A stretch of DNA of 64,000 bases from Chitinophagaceae bacterium (GCA_016708765.1 JADJFD010000001.1:179626-243625); one strand, 5' to 3'; numbered from the stretch's first letter, positions 20,964 to 31,783 are shown. Notes: generated by a model from the letters alone, not told the origin. A program made the numbers and translations.

Positions 20964-21254
20964 TTAAGCAATACTGGTTACTTTAATTTTTGTGTAAGCC
21001 GTACGATGGCCTTTCTTTTTGTGAAAACCTTTTCTTCTTTTTTGCTTGTATGCAATTACGGTATCACCTTTTACATGGTCAACTATTTCAGCAGCTACCG
21101 TAGTACCAACTGATAATTTTCCATCAGCAGATGCTAATAAAACTTCAATGCCCTCTACTTTATCACCAGCATTTCCTTCCACACGGGGAATGTATAATGT
21201 TTGGTCTTTTTCTACTTTAAATTGCTGTCCAGCTACTTTTATAACGGCTATCAT
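20964..21254 (-). CDS. rplU: 50S ribosomal protein L21
   Basis: GQQFKVEK...KRRKGFHKKKGHR; upstream of rpmA. Confidence 0.97.
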   Translation of the reverse strand: MIAVIKVAGQQFKVEKDQTLYIPRVEGNAGDKVEGIEVLLASADGKLSVGTTVAAEIVDHVKGDTVIAYKQKRRKGFHKKKGHRTAYTKIKVTSIA

Positions 21255-21401
21255 ATTCTTAAAATTAGGACGGCAAAGGTAAGGGGAAATGTTGAAGCCG
21301 CAAACGGAAAATCAAAGATTTATGAACATTTATTGCCTTTCCAAATTGCCCCAGTATCTGTTATATTTGCAGGTCTTATTAAGGTTTCTATTGAATTGTG
21401 T

Positions 21402-22910
21402 ATGAAAATCAAGTCCTTCTTAGCTAAACCATTCGCCTCATATATATATAAAGGTGTCCGTAAAGGGATGCTTACCGCCGTTACCGATCAGGAAAATATT
21501 CTCAAAAGTCTTATAAAAACAGGCCGAATTACAGATTTTGGTAAAGAATCTGGCTTTGCAAAGGTAAATTCTTACGAAGAGTTTAAACAGGCAGTCCCTA
21601 TCAGAGATTATGAGCAAATGAAGCCTTGGGTTGAAAAAGTAAAGGAAGGCAGGCACAATGTACTTTGGAAAGGCAAGCCAATCTATTTTGCAAAAACCTC
21701 CGGTACCACAAGTGGCACAAAATATATCCCGATTACAAAGGATTCAATTCCCAATCATATTAACACAGCCCGAAATGCCCTGCTTTGCTATATGGCTGAA
21801 ACGGGTAACACCAAATTTGCTGATGGGAAACTGATATTCCTATCCGGATCACCAGTTTTAGAACGGGTTGGTGGTATCCCAACTGGGAGATTGAGTGGTA
21901 TTGTAAACCATCATGTCCCAAAATACCTTCGAACCAACCAGTTGCCATCATTTGAAACAAATTGTATAGATGATTGGGAAACTAAACTGAATAAGATTGT
22001 TGATGAAACAATCAGCCAGAACATGTCGCTGATTAGCGGTATTCCACCTTGGATGCAGATGTATTTCGATGAATTAATTAAGCGAAGCGGTAAGAAAGTT
22101 GGCGAACTGTTTCCCAACTTTAGTGTAATGGTGCAGGGTGGTGTAAATTTTGAACCTTATAGAGCAAAATTAATGGAAAGTATCGGCCGTAAAATTGATA
22201 CGATTGAATTGTTCCCGGCTAGTGAAGGTTTTTTTGCTTTCCAGGATTCGCAGGATGCAGAAGGCTTATTATTAAACAGTAACAGCGGCATATTCTATGA
22301 ATTTGTTCCCGCAGGAGAAATTGCTAATGAAAATCCGACAAGGCTTTCTTTGAAGGATGTAAAAGTAGGAGAGAATTATGCAATGATCATCAATAGCAAT
22401 GCCGGACTTTGGGGATATAATTTAGGCGATACAGTTAAGTTTTTATCTGTTGATCCATATCGGTTGGTAGTTACAGGAAGAACAAAGCATTTTATTTCGG
22501 CTTTTGGGGAGCATGTAATTGGCGAAGAAGTGGAAGCCTGTATGCTAAAAGCTGCTAAGGAGGAAAATGTCTATGTAACTGAGTTCACTGTGGCTCCTTT
22601 TGTAAGCAGCGATCAGGGGAAATCTTATCATGAGTGGTATGTTGAATTTGAAAACAAACCGGATGATATGCAGCGATTTGCTTCCAGTTTAGATCAGCAT
22701 CTCAGGGAAAAGAATGTTTATTATGATGATCTAATCGGAGGGAATATTTTATCTCCCTTAAAAATAAATACAGTTCGCAAAAACGGATTTATTGATTACA
22801 TGAAATCAATCGGTAAATTAGGTGGGCAAAACAAAGTGCCAAGATTGAGCAACGACAGAAAAATAGCTGATGAATTAATTAAGTGGACAGAAAACCTTCA
22901 GGAAGTATAA
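21402..22910 (+). CDS. GH3 auxin-responsive-promoter family acyl-adenylate enzyme
   Basis: FAKTSGTTSGTKYIP, FPASEGFFA, LWGYNLGDTVKF, GKLGGQNKVPRL; start moved to MKIKSFL. Confidence 0.9.
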   Translation: MKIKSFLAKPFASYIYKGVRKGMLTAVTDQENILKSLIKTGRITDFGKESGFAKVNSYEEFKQAVPIRDYEQMKPWVEKVKEGRHNVLWKGKPIYFAKTSGTTSGTKYIPITKDSIPNHINTARNALLCYMAETGNTKFADGKLIFLSGSPVLERVGGIPTGRLSGIVNHHVPKYLRTNQLPSFETNCIDDWETKLNKIVDETISQNMSLISGIPPWMQMYFDELIKRSGKKVGELFPNFSVMVQGGVNFEPYRAKLMESIGRKIDTIELFPASEGFFAFQDSQDAEGLLLNSNSGIFYEFVPAGEIANENPTRLSLKDVKVGENYAMIINSNAGLWGYNLGDTVKFLSVDPYRLVVTGRTKHFISAFGEHVIGEEVEACMLKAAKEENVYVTEFTVAPFVSSDQGKSYHEWYVEFENKPDDMQRFASSLDQHLREKNVYYDDLIGGNILSPLKINTVRKNGFIDYMKSIGKLGGQNKVPRLSNDRKIADELIKWTENLQEV

Positions 22911-22911
22911 A

Positions 22912-24081
22912 ATGAGTTCAACACCTCCAATCAAACGAATTGCCATTTTCGGTTCTACCGGATCAATAGGTACACAGACACTTGAAGTAATTGCTGACAA
23001 CCCTTCAATGTTTTCTGCCGAAGTATTAACAGCACATAATAATGATACGTTGTTAATCGAACAGGCTTTAAAATTTAATCCCAATATTGTTGTAATTGGT
23101 GACGATAAAAAATATACAGCAGTAAAAGACGCATTAGCTTCTACTGATATTAAAGTATTTGCAGGTGAAAAAGCATTAGAAGAAGTGGCTGCAATGGATT
23201 GCTATGATTTAATGCTTGCAGCTATTGTTGGCTATGCTGGATTGAGGCCAACTTTAAAAGCAATTGATAGTGGCAAGGCAATTGCTTTAGCAAATAAAGA
23301 AACATTAGTTGTTGCCGGTGATATCATTATGCGGAAAGCAGTGGAGAATCGGGTGCCAATTATTCCAGTCGACTCTGAACACTCCGCCATTTTTCAATGT
23401 TTGGTTGGCGAAACAAGAAATAGAATAGAGAAAGTGATTCTTACAGCATCTGGAGGACCATTTATCGGCCGAAAGCCAAACTATCTTGTAAATGTAAAAA
23501 GAGAACATGCATTACAACATCCTAATTGGAGTATGGGTGCAAAAATTACCATTGACTCTGCTACTTTAATGAATAAAGGATTGGAGATGATTGAAGCTAA
23601 TTGATTATTCAATCTTAAACCTGAACAAGTGCAGGTGGTAATTCATCCGCAAAGTATTATTCATAGCATGGTGCAATTTGAAGATGGGAGTGTGAAAGCA
23701 CAAATGGGATTGCCGGATATGAAGCTGCCCATACAATATGCTTTAGCATTCCCTCAGCGAATTAAGAATGATTTTCCAAGAATGGATTTTAAAAAAATTA
23801 CGACACTTTCTTTTGAAGAGCCTGATGTTAAAACATTCAGAAATTTAGCTCTAGCCGAAGAAGCATTGAACAAAGCTGGCAATCTTCCTTGCATTATGAA
23901 TGCCGCAAATGAAATAGCTGTATTTGCATTTCTTCGCAATAGAATTAACTTTCTTGACATGACGGATGTAATTGAAAAGGCAATGAATGCTGTTCCATTT
24001 ATAGAGAAACCAACGCTGGAGGAATATTTTGAAAGCGATGGCGAGGCCCGTAACTTCGCTGCCGATTTAATTAAACTTTAG
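22912..24081 (+). pseudogene. dxr: 1-deoxy-D-xylulose-5-phosphate reductoisomerase with one in-frame TGA at 23602-23604
   Basis: GSTGSIGTQT, LANKETLV, PVDSEHSAIFQ, MGAKITIDSATLMNKGLEMIEA, then N-*-LFNLKPEQVQVVIHPQSIIHSMV in the same frame; TGA sits at the conserved Trp (EAxWLF). Confidence 0.95.
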
Positions 24082-24129
24082 ACACTTATTTTTCCCTGAT
24101 ATAAATAGGATTTCTTTTATAAACTTACT

Positions 24130-25506
24130 ATGAATTTATTAGCTATTAACTGGTCGAATGTAGGATTGCAAGCCGGACAATTATTGCTGGCATTGTCATT
24201 ATTGGTTATTCTGCATGAGTTTGGCCATTATATTACTGCGAAATGGTTTGGCTGTAGAGTAGAAAAATTCTTTCTCTTCTTCGACCCTTGGTTTGCTTTA
24301 GTAAAAAAGAAAGTTGGTGATACTGTGTACGGTATCGGCTGGCTGCCATTAGGTGGGTATGTAAAAATATCTGGAATGATTGACGAGAGCATGGATAAAG
24401 AGGCCATGAAGCAACCACCGCAGGAATGGGAATTTCGAAGTAAACCAGCCTGGCAACGATTAATCGTAATGTTGGGCGGTGTTATTATGAATGTGTTAAC
24501 TGCATTTGTAATTTATGCATTCATCTTAATGATATGGGGCGAAAAGAAAACACCAATTGCAAGTGTGAAGAATGGTATTTGGGTTACAGATACATTGATG
24601 ACCAAACTCGGTTTTCAAAATGGTGATAAAATAATTTCTGTTAATGGAGATTCAGTAAGATATTTTGAAGATGTGCAACCTAAAATATTAATTGGTGGCA
24701 GAAAAGTAATGCTGGAAAGAAATAATCAGGTAATGAATCTGGATTTGCCGGTGGATGTAATTGATAAAATAATAACAAGAAGAGATAAGAAGCGTAGACC
24801 TTTCATTATTGAAAGAGTGCCAAGTATAGTAGGTGAGTTTCCAGAAAAAGATACTTCATTCGGTAAGCAAGCTGGGTTGCAGGCTTATGATAATATTATT
24901 GCTGTGCAAGGGCAGCCAATCCAATTTATGGATCAGATAAATGAAGTGGCTGAGAAAAATAAGAAAGGCACTGTTAACCTTACTGTTTTAAGAGGAGTGG
25001 ATACGGTGAACCTTGTAAGCAAAGTAAGTGAAGAAGGAAGGGTCGGCATTTATATGCTCAACTATGAGCAATACGACAGTATGGGAGTGTATGATGTTAC
25101 AAAAACCAAGTACAGTTTCTTTGCAGCATTTCCTGCAGGTTTCAGAAAAGCTGGTGAGAAGCTGAAAGATTATATTGATCAGTTTAAATTAATATTAAAC
25201 CCTAAAACTGGTGCTTATAAAGGTGTTGGTGGTTTTAAAGCTATTGGCTCTATATTTCCAACAACATGGAGTTGGGAAGCATTCTGGAACATTACGGCAT
25301 TTCTTTCAATCATATTAGCATTTATGAACTTGCTGCCTATACCAGCTTTAGATGGCGGCCATGTAATGTTTACTTTGTATGAAATGATTACGAGAAGAAA
25401 ACCAAATGAGAAATTCCTTGAGTATGCACAAATTGTCGGTATGGTTTTACTACTCGGTTTGATGCTATACGCCAATGGTAACGACTGGTTTGGTTGGGGC
25501 AAATAG
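24130..25506 (+). CDS. rseP: RIP metalloprotease RseP
   Basis: HEFGH, PLGGYVKI, PDZ segments, NLLPIPALDGGH. Confidence 0.95.
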   Translation: MNLLAINWSNVGLQAGQLLLALSLLVILHEFGHYITAKWFGCRVEKFFLFFDPWFALVKKKVGDTVYGIGWLPLGGYVKISGMIDESMDKEAMKQPPQEWEFRSKPAWQRLIVMLGGVIMNVLTAFVIYAFILMIWGEKKTPIASVKNGIWVTDTLMTKLGFQNGDKIISVNGDSVRYFEDVQPKILIGGRKVMLERNNQVMNLDLPVDVIDKIITRRDKKRRPFIIERVPSIVGEFPEKDTSFGKQAGLQAYDNIIAVQGQPIQFMDQINEVAEKNKKGTVNLTVLRGVDTVNLVSKVSEEGRVGIYMLNYEQYDSMGVYDVTKTKYSFFAAFPAGFRKAGEKLKDYIDQFKLILNPKTGAYKGVGGFKAIGSIFPTTWSWEAFWNITAFLSIILAFMNLLPIPALDGGHVMFTLYEMITRRKPNEKFLEYAQIVGMVLLLGLMLYANGNDWFGWGK

Positions 25507-27306
25507 TTAAAGTTCTATTCCAATCTTCTTCATTAAAATAGAGGCATTCATGCTGCGGCAGATGCCTTTATTTAGTTTATAGTCGAAATACAATTCATCG
25601 TTATTCACTTTTACATCGAAATGATAATTGTGAATGTTGGTAGGAAACTCTTCTGACAGTTTTGCTAGCTCTAAATCATGTGTTGCTACAATGCCAGCAG
25701 CATTGTGTTTTATTAATTGTTTTAAAAGAGCAGTAGAACCAGTATGCCTGTCAGCAGAATTTGTACCTCTTAAAATTTCATCAAGCAGCAAGAATGCTTT
25801 CTCGTTTGCATACACAGCATCAATAATCTCTTTCAATTTCTTCAGTTCAGCATAAAAGGTAGAAGTGCTCTCTTCCAAATTATCACTTATCCTCATACTG
25901 CTCATTACTTTTAAATGAGAAACGGAAATATGTTTAGCACAAACAGGAGATCCCATCATAGCTAAAACAATATTTACTCCAACGCTTCGTAGGAAAGTAC
26001 TTTTTCCTGCCATATTAGAGCCAGTAACAAGGCTGATCTGGTTTACACCTGTAGTAGCATATGAACTGGTAACTCTTTTTTCTTTTGGAATTAATGGATG
26101 ACCAATTTTTTCACCAATAAATACGGCATCCTCATTTACAATCTTTGGGAAACTCCAGTCAGGATGATTAAAAGAAAGATTGGCAATACTTGAAATGGCT
26201 TCAAAATTTGCCAACGAAGAAAACCAGGAAGCAGTGATCGTTTTATTTTTCTTCTTCCAGTTTTCCAATGCAAAAATTTGTTGAAGATCCCAACAGACTA
26301 AAGCACTTAATGGAATAAACACAACCGGGTTTAACCGATAGTCGAGGCGATCAAGAATCTTTTTCAGGCCTTTAATCGTGGAGGAAGCTTTTGTTTCTAT
26401 TGTACTAAAATCCTTTTTCAGCGTTGAAAGGAGAGGGCTTTTAAAGTCTTTATTTTCTATACAACTAATGCTTGAAGACAAAGTTTCTAGCTCGCCTGTT
26501 ATTTTATCGAGCCTTATATAGTCTGGAATTATAAGTTTTGAAGCCCAGTATGAAATGAAAAGAAACAACAACATTATTGGAAGAAAGCGGTCAACGGAAA
26601 TAACATCGGCAATATATAATCCTACAACTGTAAAGCTTAATACAGGAAAAATAATCCTCAAGATTCCCCAGAACTTATTCTTAATAAATCTACTTTCTTC
26701 ATTTAGCCAATCAAGAATATTTGTTTCGGTTTTCAGTGTCAGGCGATTATTTATTCCAAATGCCTGCAACCGTTGCCGCCATTCTGTTTCCGGTGCTAGT
26801 TCTTTTACAGCGTCTTGCCTTTCTTTAATTACACCATCATTTTCCGGAGAAAGTAACCAATTGGCAAATAATTTATTCCCTTGCTCTGATGTTGTTCTGT
26901 TTGCATATTGATACAAAGAAGCTCTACCGAAAATATCCAAATCATTCGCATAATTATGCAAAGGAGGTTTCCATTCTGTTCCATCTAGGAAATCAAAATA
27001 CTGATGGTTTAAAGCAGCTTGTTCTTTTTTATTAATGGAAATTAATAGCAAATTATTTTCTATAGAGTTACTATTGGCAAGATCTTTAAATACAAAATAT
27101 ACAAACAGACTTATGAGTATAATGCAACTAGCAATTGCTAAAATCCATGAATTAGCGGATAAAACCCATAATGCAGCAATTGCACCAAGGAATGACAGAA
27201 GTCTTTTCCATGACAAGTTTTTTCTATTCCGATAAAGTTGTTTTAATTCTTTTGTAAGAGTCATTAATGTTGCTTCGTAATTTTCTTTTGGACCATTTTT
27301 AGTCAT
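25507..27306 (-). CDS. MutS-related protein (membrane-anchored, MutS domain V)
   Basis: Walker A VTGSNMAGKSTFLR, LLDEILRGTNS, VATHDLEL; N-terminal TM helices; DLDIFG. Confidence 0.88.
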   Translation of the reverse strand: MTKNGPKENYEATLMTLTKELKQLYRNRKNLSWKRLLSFLGAIAALWVLSANSWILAIASCIILISLFVYFVFKDLANSNSIENNLLLISINKKEQAALNHQYFDFLDGTEWKPPLHNYANDLDIFGRASLYQYANRTTSEQGNKLFANWLLSPENDGVIKERQDAVKELAPETEWRQRLQAFGINNRLTLKTETNILDWLNEESRFIKNKFWGILRIIFPVLSFTVVGLYIADVISVDRFLPIMLLFLFISYWASKLIIPDYIRLDKITGELETLSSSISCIENKDFKSPLLSTLKKDFSTIETKASSTIKGLKKILDRLDYRLNPVVFIPLSALVCWDLQQIFALENWKKKNKTITASWFSSLANFEAISSIANLSFNHPDWSFPKIVNEDAVFIGEKIGHPLIPKEKRVTSSYATTGVNQISLVTGSNMAGKSTFLRSVGVNIVLAMMGSPVCAKHISVSHLKVMSSMRISDNLEESTSTFYAELKKLKEIIDAVYANEKAFLLLDEILRGTNSADRHTGSTALLKQLIKHNAAGIVATHDLELAKLSEEFPTNIHNYHFDVKVNNDELYFDYKLNKGICRSMNASILMKKIGIEL

Positions 27307-27371
27307 GCAATAAAACTACTTGTTTCTTTGCTTCTTGCGCAAATGAAATGTACCAAACGACTTAAATTTTG

Positions 27372-27379
27372 TAGATTTG
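27372..27379 (+). promoter_or_regulatory. Bacteroidota -7 promoter element upstream of ssrA
   Basis: TAGATTTG matches TAnnTTTG about 20 nt before the tmRNA 5' end. Confidence 0.6.
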
Positions 27380-27400
27380 CAAGTTGCTGTGCAACAAATC

Positions 27401-27768
27401 GGGGGTGCCTGGTTTTGACAGCGTAGATCTTTGGAAGTGTAAGCATGTACTGCGTTGCGTAATTAGCAGTTTAATCTGAATACGAAAACTATAAATGGCA
27501 ATACACAGTATGCCATGGCTGCCTAATCAGTGATTAAGTAGTCATATGGGCCGCCGGGCCGGTTGATCTGTTACCATGCCCCGCCGCCGACTCAACAACA
27601 AAACAGGTTGCTGCAATCATAGGCTGTGCTGATTGCTCAAGACTATTCAGCTAAGGAATTAATCGGTTGTCTTTTTCCAGTTGGTTCCCGACATAACAAA
27701 ATTGAATAAACATGTAGAAAGCTTTTGAAGAATATGTTTGGACAGGGGTTCGATTCCCCTCACCTCCA
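27401..27768 (+). ncRNA. ssrA: tmRNA; tag peptide (A)GNTQYAMAA* at 27497-27526
   Basis: 5' GGGGGTGCCTGGTTTTGACAG pairs with 3' CACCTCCA including the G3-U wobble; T-arm GGGGTTCGATTCCCC; internal tag ending in AA*. Confidence 0.95.
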
Positions 27769-27771
27769 CAA

Positions 27772-27801
27772 TGGGCAAGCAATAAATGTTTGCCCATTTT
27801 T
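27772..27801 (+). terminator. Terminator after ssrA
   Basis: tgggcaagca...tgtttgccca followed by T run. Confidence 0.75.
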
Positions 27802-28096
27802 ATAAGATGTTATCATTAAAAAAAGTATTCGCTTTTTAGTAAATTCCTTTAGGATTTAATAAGCATTTGTAGCTATCCAACTACATATTTACAAGGTATT
27901 CTATTACTTTATTATCATAGGCTGTTCTATTTGCCCTTTCTAATAGCTATCGTTACTTTGAATTGAATTTGGGGACGATTAGAGGGTTTAATTTTGAATA
28001 CCCAAATTAAGAGTTTGTATAGTTGTTTATAGCCCGTTTTTAAATCCAATTTTTCTTTTTGAAACACATTTTACCAACAATAAACCAATAAGTCTA

Positions 28097-28732
28097 ATGG
28101 AAAAAATCACCATACTTTTAGTTGACGATCACAAACTTATCAGAGAGTCCTGGTCGTTTATCCTTAATAGCGATGCCCGTTTTAATGTAGTAGGGGAAAG
28201 CAGTAATGGAAATGATGCCGTCGAATTAGCAAAAGAAATAAGACCTCAGATTGTGTTGATGGATATTAATATGACTCCTGTAAATGGATTTGAAGCAACC
28301 AAACTTTTACGCAAACATTCCCCGTCTTCAAAAGTCATTGGAATTTCAATGCACAGCATGCCTGCCTATGCTCGCAAAATGTTACAAATGGGGGCAATGG
28401 GCTATGTTACAAAGAACTCATCAAAAAATGAATTGATGACTGCAATTGTAGAGGTAAATGATGGAAAAAAATATGTATGTGATGAAGTTAAAAATATCCT
28501 TGCCCAACAGGAATTGGAACATGATATTGTTCGTCCAGATATGAACTCTCTTTCCCGAAGAGAAATTGATATTGTAAAACTGATTAAGGAAGGCCTTTCC
28601 TCCAAGGAAATCGCTGTTAACCTTGATATCTCAATTAAAACGGTTGAAGTACACCGATATAATATCCTTAAAAAGTTAAACTTGAAAAATACAGCCGCCC
28701 TTGTAAACTTTACTAACGAACAAGGCCTGTAA
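28097..28732 (+). CDS. NarL/FixJ-family response regulator (REC + LuxR HTH)
   Basis: LLVDDH, VLMDINM, GYVTKN, LSRRE...EIAVNLDISIKTVEVHRYNILKKL. Confidence 0.93.
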   Translation: MEKITILLVDDHKLIRESWSFILNSDARFNVVGESSNGNDAVELAKEIRPQIVLMDINMTPVNGFEATKLLRKHSPSSKVIGISMHSMPAYARKMLQMGAMGYVTKNSSKNELMTAIVEVNDGKKYVCDEVKNILAQQELEHDIVRPDMNSLSRREIDIVKLIKEGLSSKEIAVNLDISIKTVEVHRYNILKKLNLKNTAALVNFTNEQGL

Positions 28733-28900
28733 GATTTTTTTTGGAAACCGAAAATTTGCCGAACTTACAGTAATCTGATCTGTAGCAATTACACTGTTTT
28801 AAGCAAGCTTCACTACTTATTTAAAGCTGTTTGTTTATTTCTTAGTTTACATAGTAAGCGAAAGTTTTTGCTTGGTATTATATACTAAATTTAGATCAGG

Positions 28901-29530
28901 ATGCTCAAAATTCTAATTGCAGATGATCATGGTATTGTTCGAAAAGGATTAAAGCAGATATTGCTTGAGCAATACCCTACTGCAATAATAGGAGAAGCTG
29001 AGACTGCAGATTTGCTTATTGCTTCAACATTAAAAGAGAAGTGGGATCTCGTAATTTGTGATATGAGTATGCCCGGACGCAGCGGTCTTGACGCTCTAAA
29101 CCAGATAAAACAATCAACTCCACAATTACCAGTTTTGATTATGAGTATGCATCCCGAAGATCAGTACGCTGTAAGGGTTTTAAAAGCCGGTGCAGCTGGA
29201 TTTTTGGGAAAAGAAACTATTCATGAGGATATTATAAAAGCGATTGAAACAGTAAGGCTGGGAAAGAAATACATTACCCCTGAAATTGCAGAGAAACTTG
29301 CTGAAGCATTAGATACAGGAATTTATCAACCTTTACATCAAACCCTTTCTGACCGTGAGTTTGATGTATTTAAACTTCTTGCGTCCGGTAAATCTGTTAC
29401 TGAGATAGGAGAACAGTTGCTTTTAAGTGCAACGACAATCAGCACTTATCGTTCCCGTATTATGGAAAAAATGGGTATGCGTTCAAATTCAGATCTTACA
29501 AGGTATGCGCTAGAAAATGGGATTATATAA
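28901..29530 (+). CDS. NarL/UvrY-family response regulator
   Basis: ILIADDH, ICDMSMPGRSG, LSDREFDVFKLLASG, TISTYRSRIMEKM. Confidence 0.93.
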   Translation: MLKILIADDHGIVRKGLKQILLEQYPTAIIGEAETADLLIASTLKEKWDLVICDMSMPGRSGLDALNQIKQSTPQLPVLIMSMHPEDQYAVRVLKAGAAGFLGKETIHEDIIKAIETVRLGKKYITPEIAEKLAEALDTGIYQPLHQTLSDREFDVFKLLASGKSVTEIGEQLLLSATTISTYRSRIMEKMGMRSNSDLTRYALENGII

Positions 29531-30121
29531 TTATTTATGTCTCTCTCCGAGAATAGTTTCTACTTCCTTCAATGAAAAGTTTTTTGCTTGTAGCAAAACG
29601 AGATAATGAAAAATTAAATCTGCTGCTTCATTCAGAAATTTGTCTCCATCCTCATCTTTACTTTCTATTACAAGCTCAACTGCTTCTTCGCCTACTTTCT
29701 GGGCAATCTTATTTATACCTTTACCAAACAATGAAGAAGTATAGGATGTATCGTTTGGATTATTTTTTCGGTCAGCTATAATATTTTCAAGTTTGTTTAA
29801 TGAAAATGAATTATTTGTTTCATTAAAACAGGTGTCAGCTCCTGAGTGGCAAACAGGTCCGGTTGGCTCAGCTTTGATTAATAATGTGTCATTATCACAA
29901 TCAATCAGTATTTCCTTCACTAATAAAAAATTACTTGAAGTTTCTCCTTTCGTCCAAAGCCTTTGTTTGCTGCGGCTATAAAAAGTGACCTTACCTTCAT
30001 TTTGTGTTTGCTTAAAAGCAACTTCATTCATAAAGCCAAGCATCAGCACTTTTTGTGTAGTAGAATCTTGTACAATGACTGGCATTAGTCCATCTGTATA
30101 TTTTGAAAAATCTAGGTTCAT
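29531..30121 (-). CDS. hisIE: Bifunctional phosphoribosyl-AMP cyclohydrolase / phosphoribosyl-ATP pyrophosphatase
   Basis: LWTKGETS, DCDNDTLL, GPVCHSG..TCF, KVGEEAVE, EAADLIFH. Confidence 0.96.
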   Translation of the reverse strand: MNLDFSKYTDGLMPVIVQDSTTQKVLMLGFMNEVAFKQTQNEGKVTFYSRSKQRLWTKGETSSNFLLVKEILIDCDNDTLLIKAEPTGPVCHSGADTCFNETNNSFSLNKLENIIADRKNNPNDTSYTSSLFGKGINKIAQKVGEEAVELVIESKDEDGDKFLNEAADLIFHYLVLLQAKNFSLKEVETILGERHK

Positions 30122-30160
30122 ATATTTTCAGTGTTAGAATTATCTTTTGTTTGCTGTTAC

Positions 30161-30310
30161 TTATTTTTTTTCTTTTAAAGAATTTAGCAAGTTGGAGTAT
30201 GCATCCTTTCTTCTTTCATAATTAGCTTCATTGCGTTCATCTCTTTTTCGCTCAAAATGCCTAATCAGGAAGACAATCACTATCAACGATATAAAAATAA
30301 TGAATATCAT
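30161..30310 (-). CDS. 49-aa single-TM protein inside the his operon; absent from the ORF track
   Basis: The ATG overlaps the hisF stop (ATGA). Reads [49 protein letters not shown]. Confidence 0.6.
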   Translation of the reverse strand: MIFIIFISLIVIVFLIRHFERKRDERNEANYERRKDAYSNLLNSLKEKK

Positions 30311-31062
30311 AACCGCACAGGAATACTTTGTTCTTGTAAATATTTTTTTAATTCATGAATTGGAATTTCTCTAAAATGAAAAATACTTGCTGCCAAAGCA
30401 GCATCGGCATTACCCATTTTAAACACATCCTTAAAATGTTCCATAGTTCCTGCTCCACCAGAAGCAATCACCGGGATAGAAACTGCTGTTGAAATTTCTT
30501 TTGTAATATCAATTGCAAAACCAGTTTTTGTGCCATCGTTCTCCATTGAAGTTAATAGAATTTCTCCGGCACCTCTGTCTGTTATTTCTTTCGCCCAATC
30601 GATAGCTTTAAACGAAGTTGGATTTCGTCCACCATGTGTTACAACTGTCCAGTTGCCGTTGATGATTTTTGTATCTATTGCTACAACAATACATTGGGTG
30701 CCAAAATTAGCTGCAAGTTGATTTACCAGTTCCGGGTTATTTACAGCCGATGTATTGACAGATATTTTATCAGCACCATTTTCTAATAAAAAGGATACAT
30801 CTTCAATAGCATTGATGCCGCCACCAACGGTAAATGGAATATTAATATGTGTTGCAATCTCTCTGACAAGGGTTGCTAGTGTTTTTCTTTTTTCAGTAGT
30901 AGCTGTAATGTCCAGAAAAACGAGTTCATCCGCACCTTCTTCGCAATACCGCATAGCTAATTCAATTGGATTGCCTGCATCTCTTAACTGAACAAAATTT
31001 GTTCCTTTTACAGTTCTTCCATTATTAATGTCGAGGCATGGTATGATGCGTTTGGTCAACAT
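30307..31062 (-). CDS. hisF: Imidazole glycerol phosphate synthase subunit HisF
   Basis: [41 protein letters not shown]. Confidence 0.98.
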   Translation of the reverse strand: MLTKRIIPCLDINNGRTVKGTNFVQLRDAGNPIELAMRYCEEGADELVFLDITATTEKRKTLATLVREIATHINIPFTVGGGINAIEDVSFLLENGADKISVNTSAVNNPELVNQLAANFGTQCIVVAIDTKIINGNWTVVTHGGRNPTSFKAIDWAKEITDRGAGEILLTSMENDGTKTGFAIDITKEISTAVSIPVIASGGAGTMEHFKDVFKMGNADAALAASIFHFREIPIHELKKYLQEQSIPVRL

Positions 31063-31065
31063 TAT

Positions 31066-31782
31066 TTATAGAAATTTCTTTAAATCAGTTAACGAAATTT
31101 TATTTTCATAGATAGCTTTACCAATTATTGCGCCGCTACATCCAACCTCTCTTAACTCTTCCAAATCTTTTATAGTTGAAACGCCACCACTTGCAATCAA
31201 ATCAATGGAAGGATGCTCATTGATTATTTTCTTATACAAATCAACAGATGGGCCTTCAAGTAAACCGTCTTTCGATATATCGGTACAGAAAAATTGTTTC
31301 ACTCCTTTTAGTTTGTACTTGTCTATCAATTCAAACACCGTTAGTGATGTTGATTCTGTCCATCCTTTAATAAGAATTTGCTCTTCTTTTACATCGGCAC
31401 CGATTATAAATTTATCTGCTCCATATGCCAAAAGCCAGCCTGTAAAGGTGAATTCATCTTTTACTGCAATGCTTCCTATTGAGGCAAAAGTTGCTCCGGA
31501 ATTAAAAGTGATCTCCAGATTATTTTGTGTACTAATTCCGCCACTGAAATCAATGCTGAGTTTCGTTTTACCAGCAATTTTCTCCAGCACTTTCCAATTT
31601 TTCACATCGCCTGCTTTGGCTCCATCCAGATCAACAAGATGCAATCGTTGTAAACCAGCATCTTCAAACTGTAAAGCTACTTCTAATGGATCTTTGTTAT
31701 AAATTGTTTTCTGGCTGTAATCTCCTTTAGTAAGTCGTACACATTTTCCGTCAATTATATCTATGGCTGGTATGATTGTCAT
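31066..31782 (-). CDS. hisA: ProFAR isomerase
   Basis: IIPAIDIIDGKCVRL, LHLVDLDGA, CTDISKDG, IASGG. Confidence 0.97.
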   Translation of the reverse strand: MTIIPAIDIIDGKCVRLTKGDYSQKTIYNKDPLEVALQFEDAGLQRLHLVDLDGAKAGDVKNWKVLEKIAGKTKLSIDFSGGISTQNNLEITFNSGATFASIGSIAVKDEFTFTGWLLAYGADKFIIGADVKEEQILIKGWTESTSLTVFELIDKYKLKGVKQFFCTDISKDGLLEGPSVDLYKKIINEHPSIDLIASGGVSTIKDLEELREVGCSGAIIGKAIYENKISLTDLKKFL

Positions 31783-31783
31783 G

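Noticed and set aside
20964-21254. L21 seems a few residues short (96 aa)
   Set aside because: The difference lies in a variable loop and I cannot distinguish it from normal lineage variation without an alignment.
21201-21401. N-terminal extension of the GH3 protein
   Set aside because: It overlaps rplU on the opposite strand and the divergent promoter region; the family sequence starts at MKIKSFL.
23602-23604. Stop-codon reassignment (TGA=Trp) suggested by dxr, or TAA=Gln suggested by susC
   Set aside because: TGA ends other genes normally (ECF sigma, hisF, dacB), TAA is the commonest stop, and Trp is encoded by TGG elsewhere. Each case is isolated.
27769-29530. Island integrated at the tmRNA 3' end
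   Set aside because: No second copy of the ssrA 3' end and no integrase were found downstream; a normal terminator follows ssrA directly.
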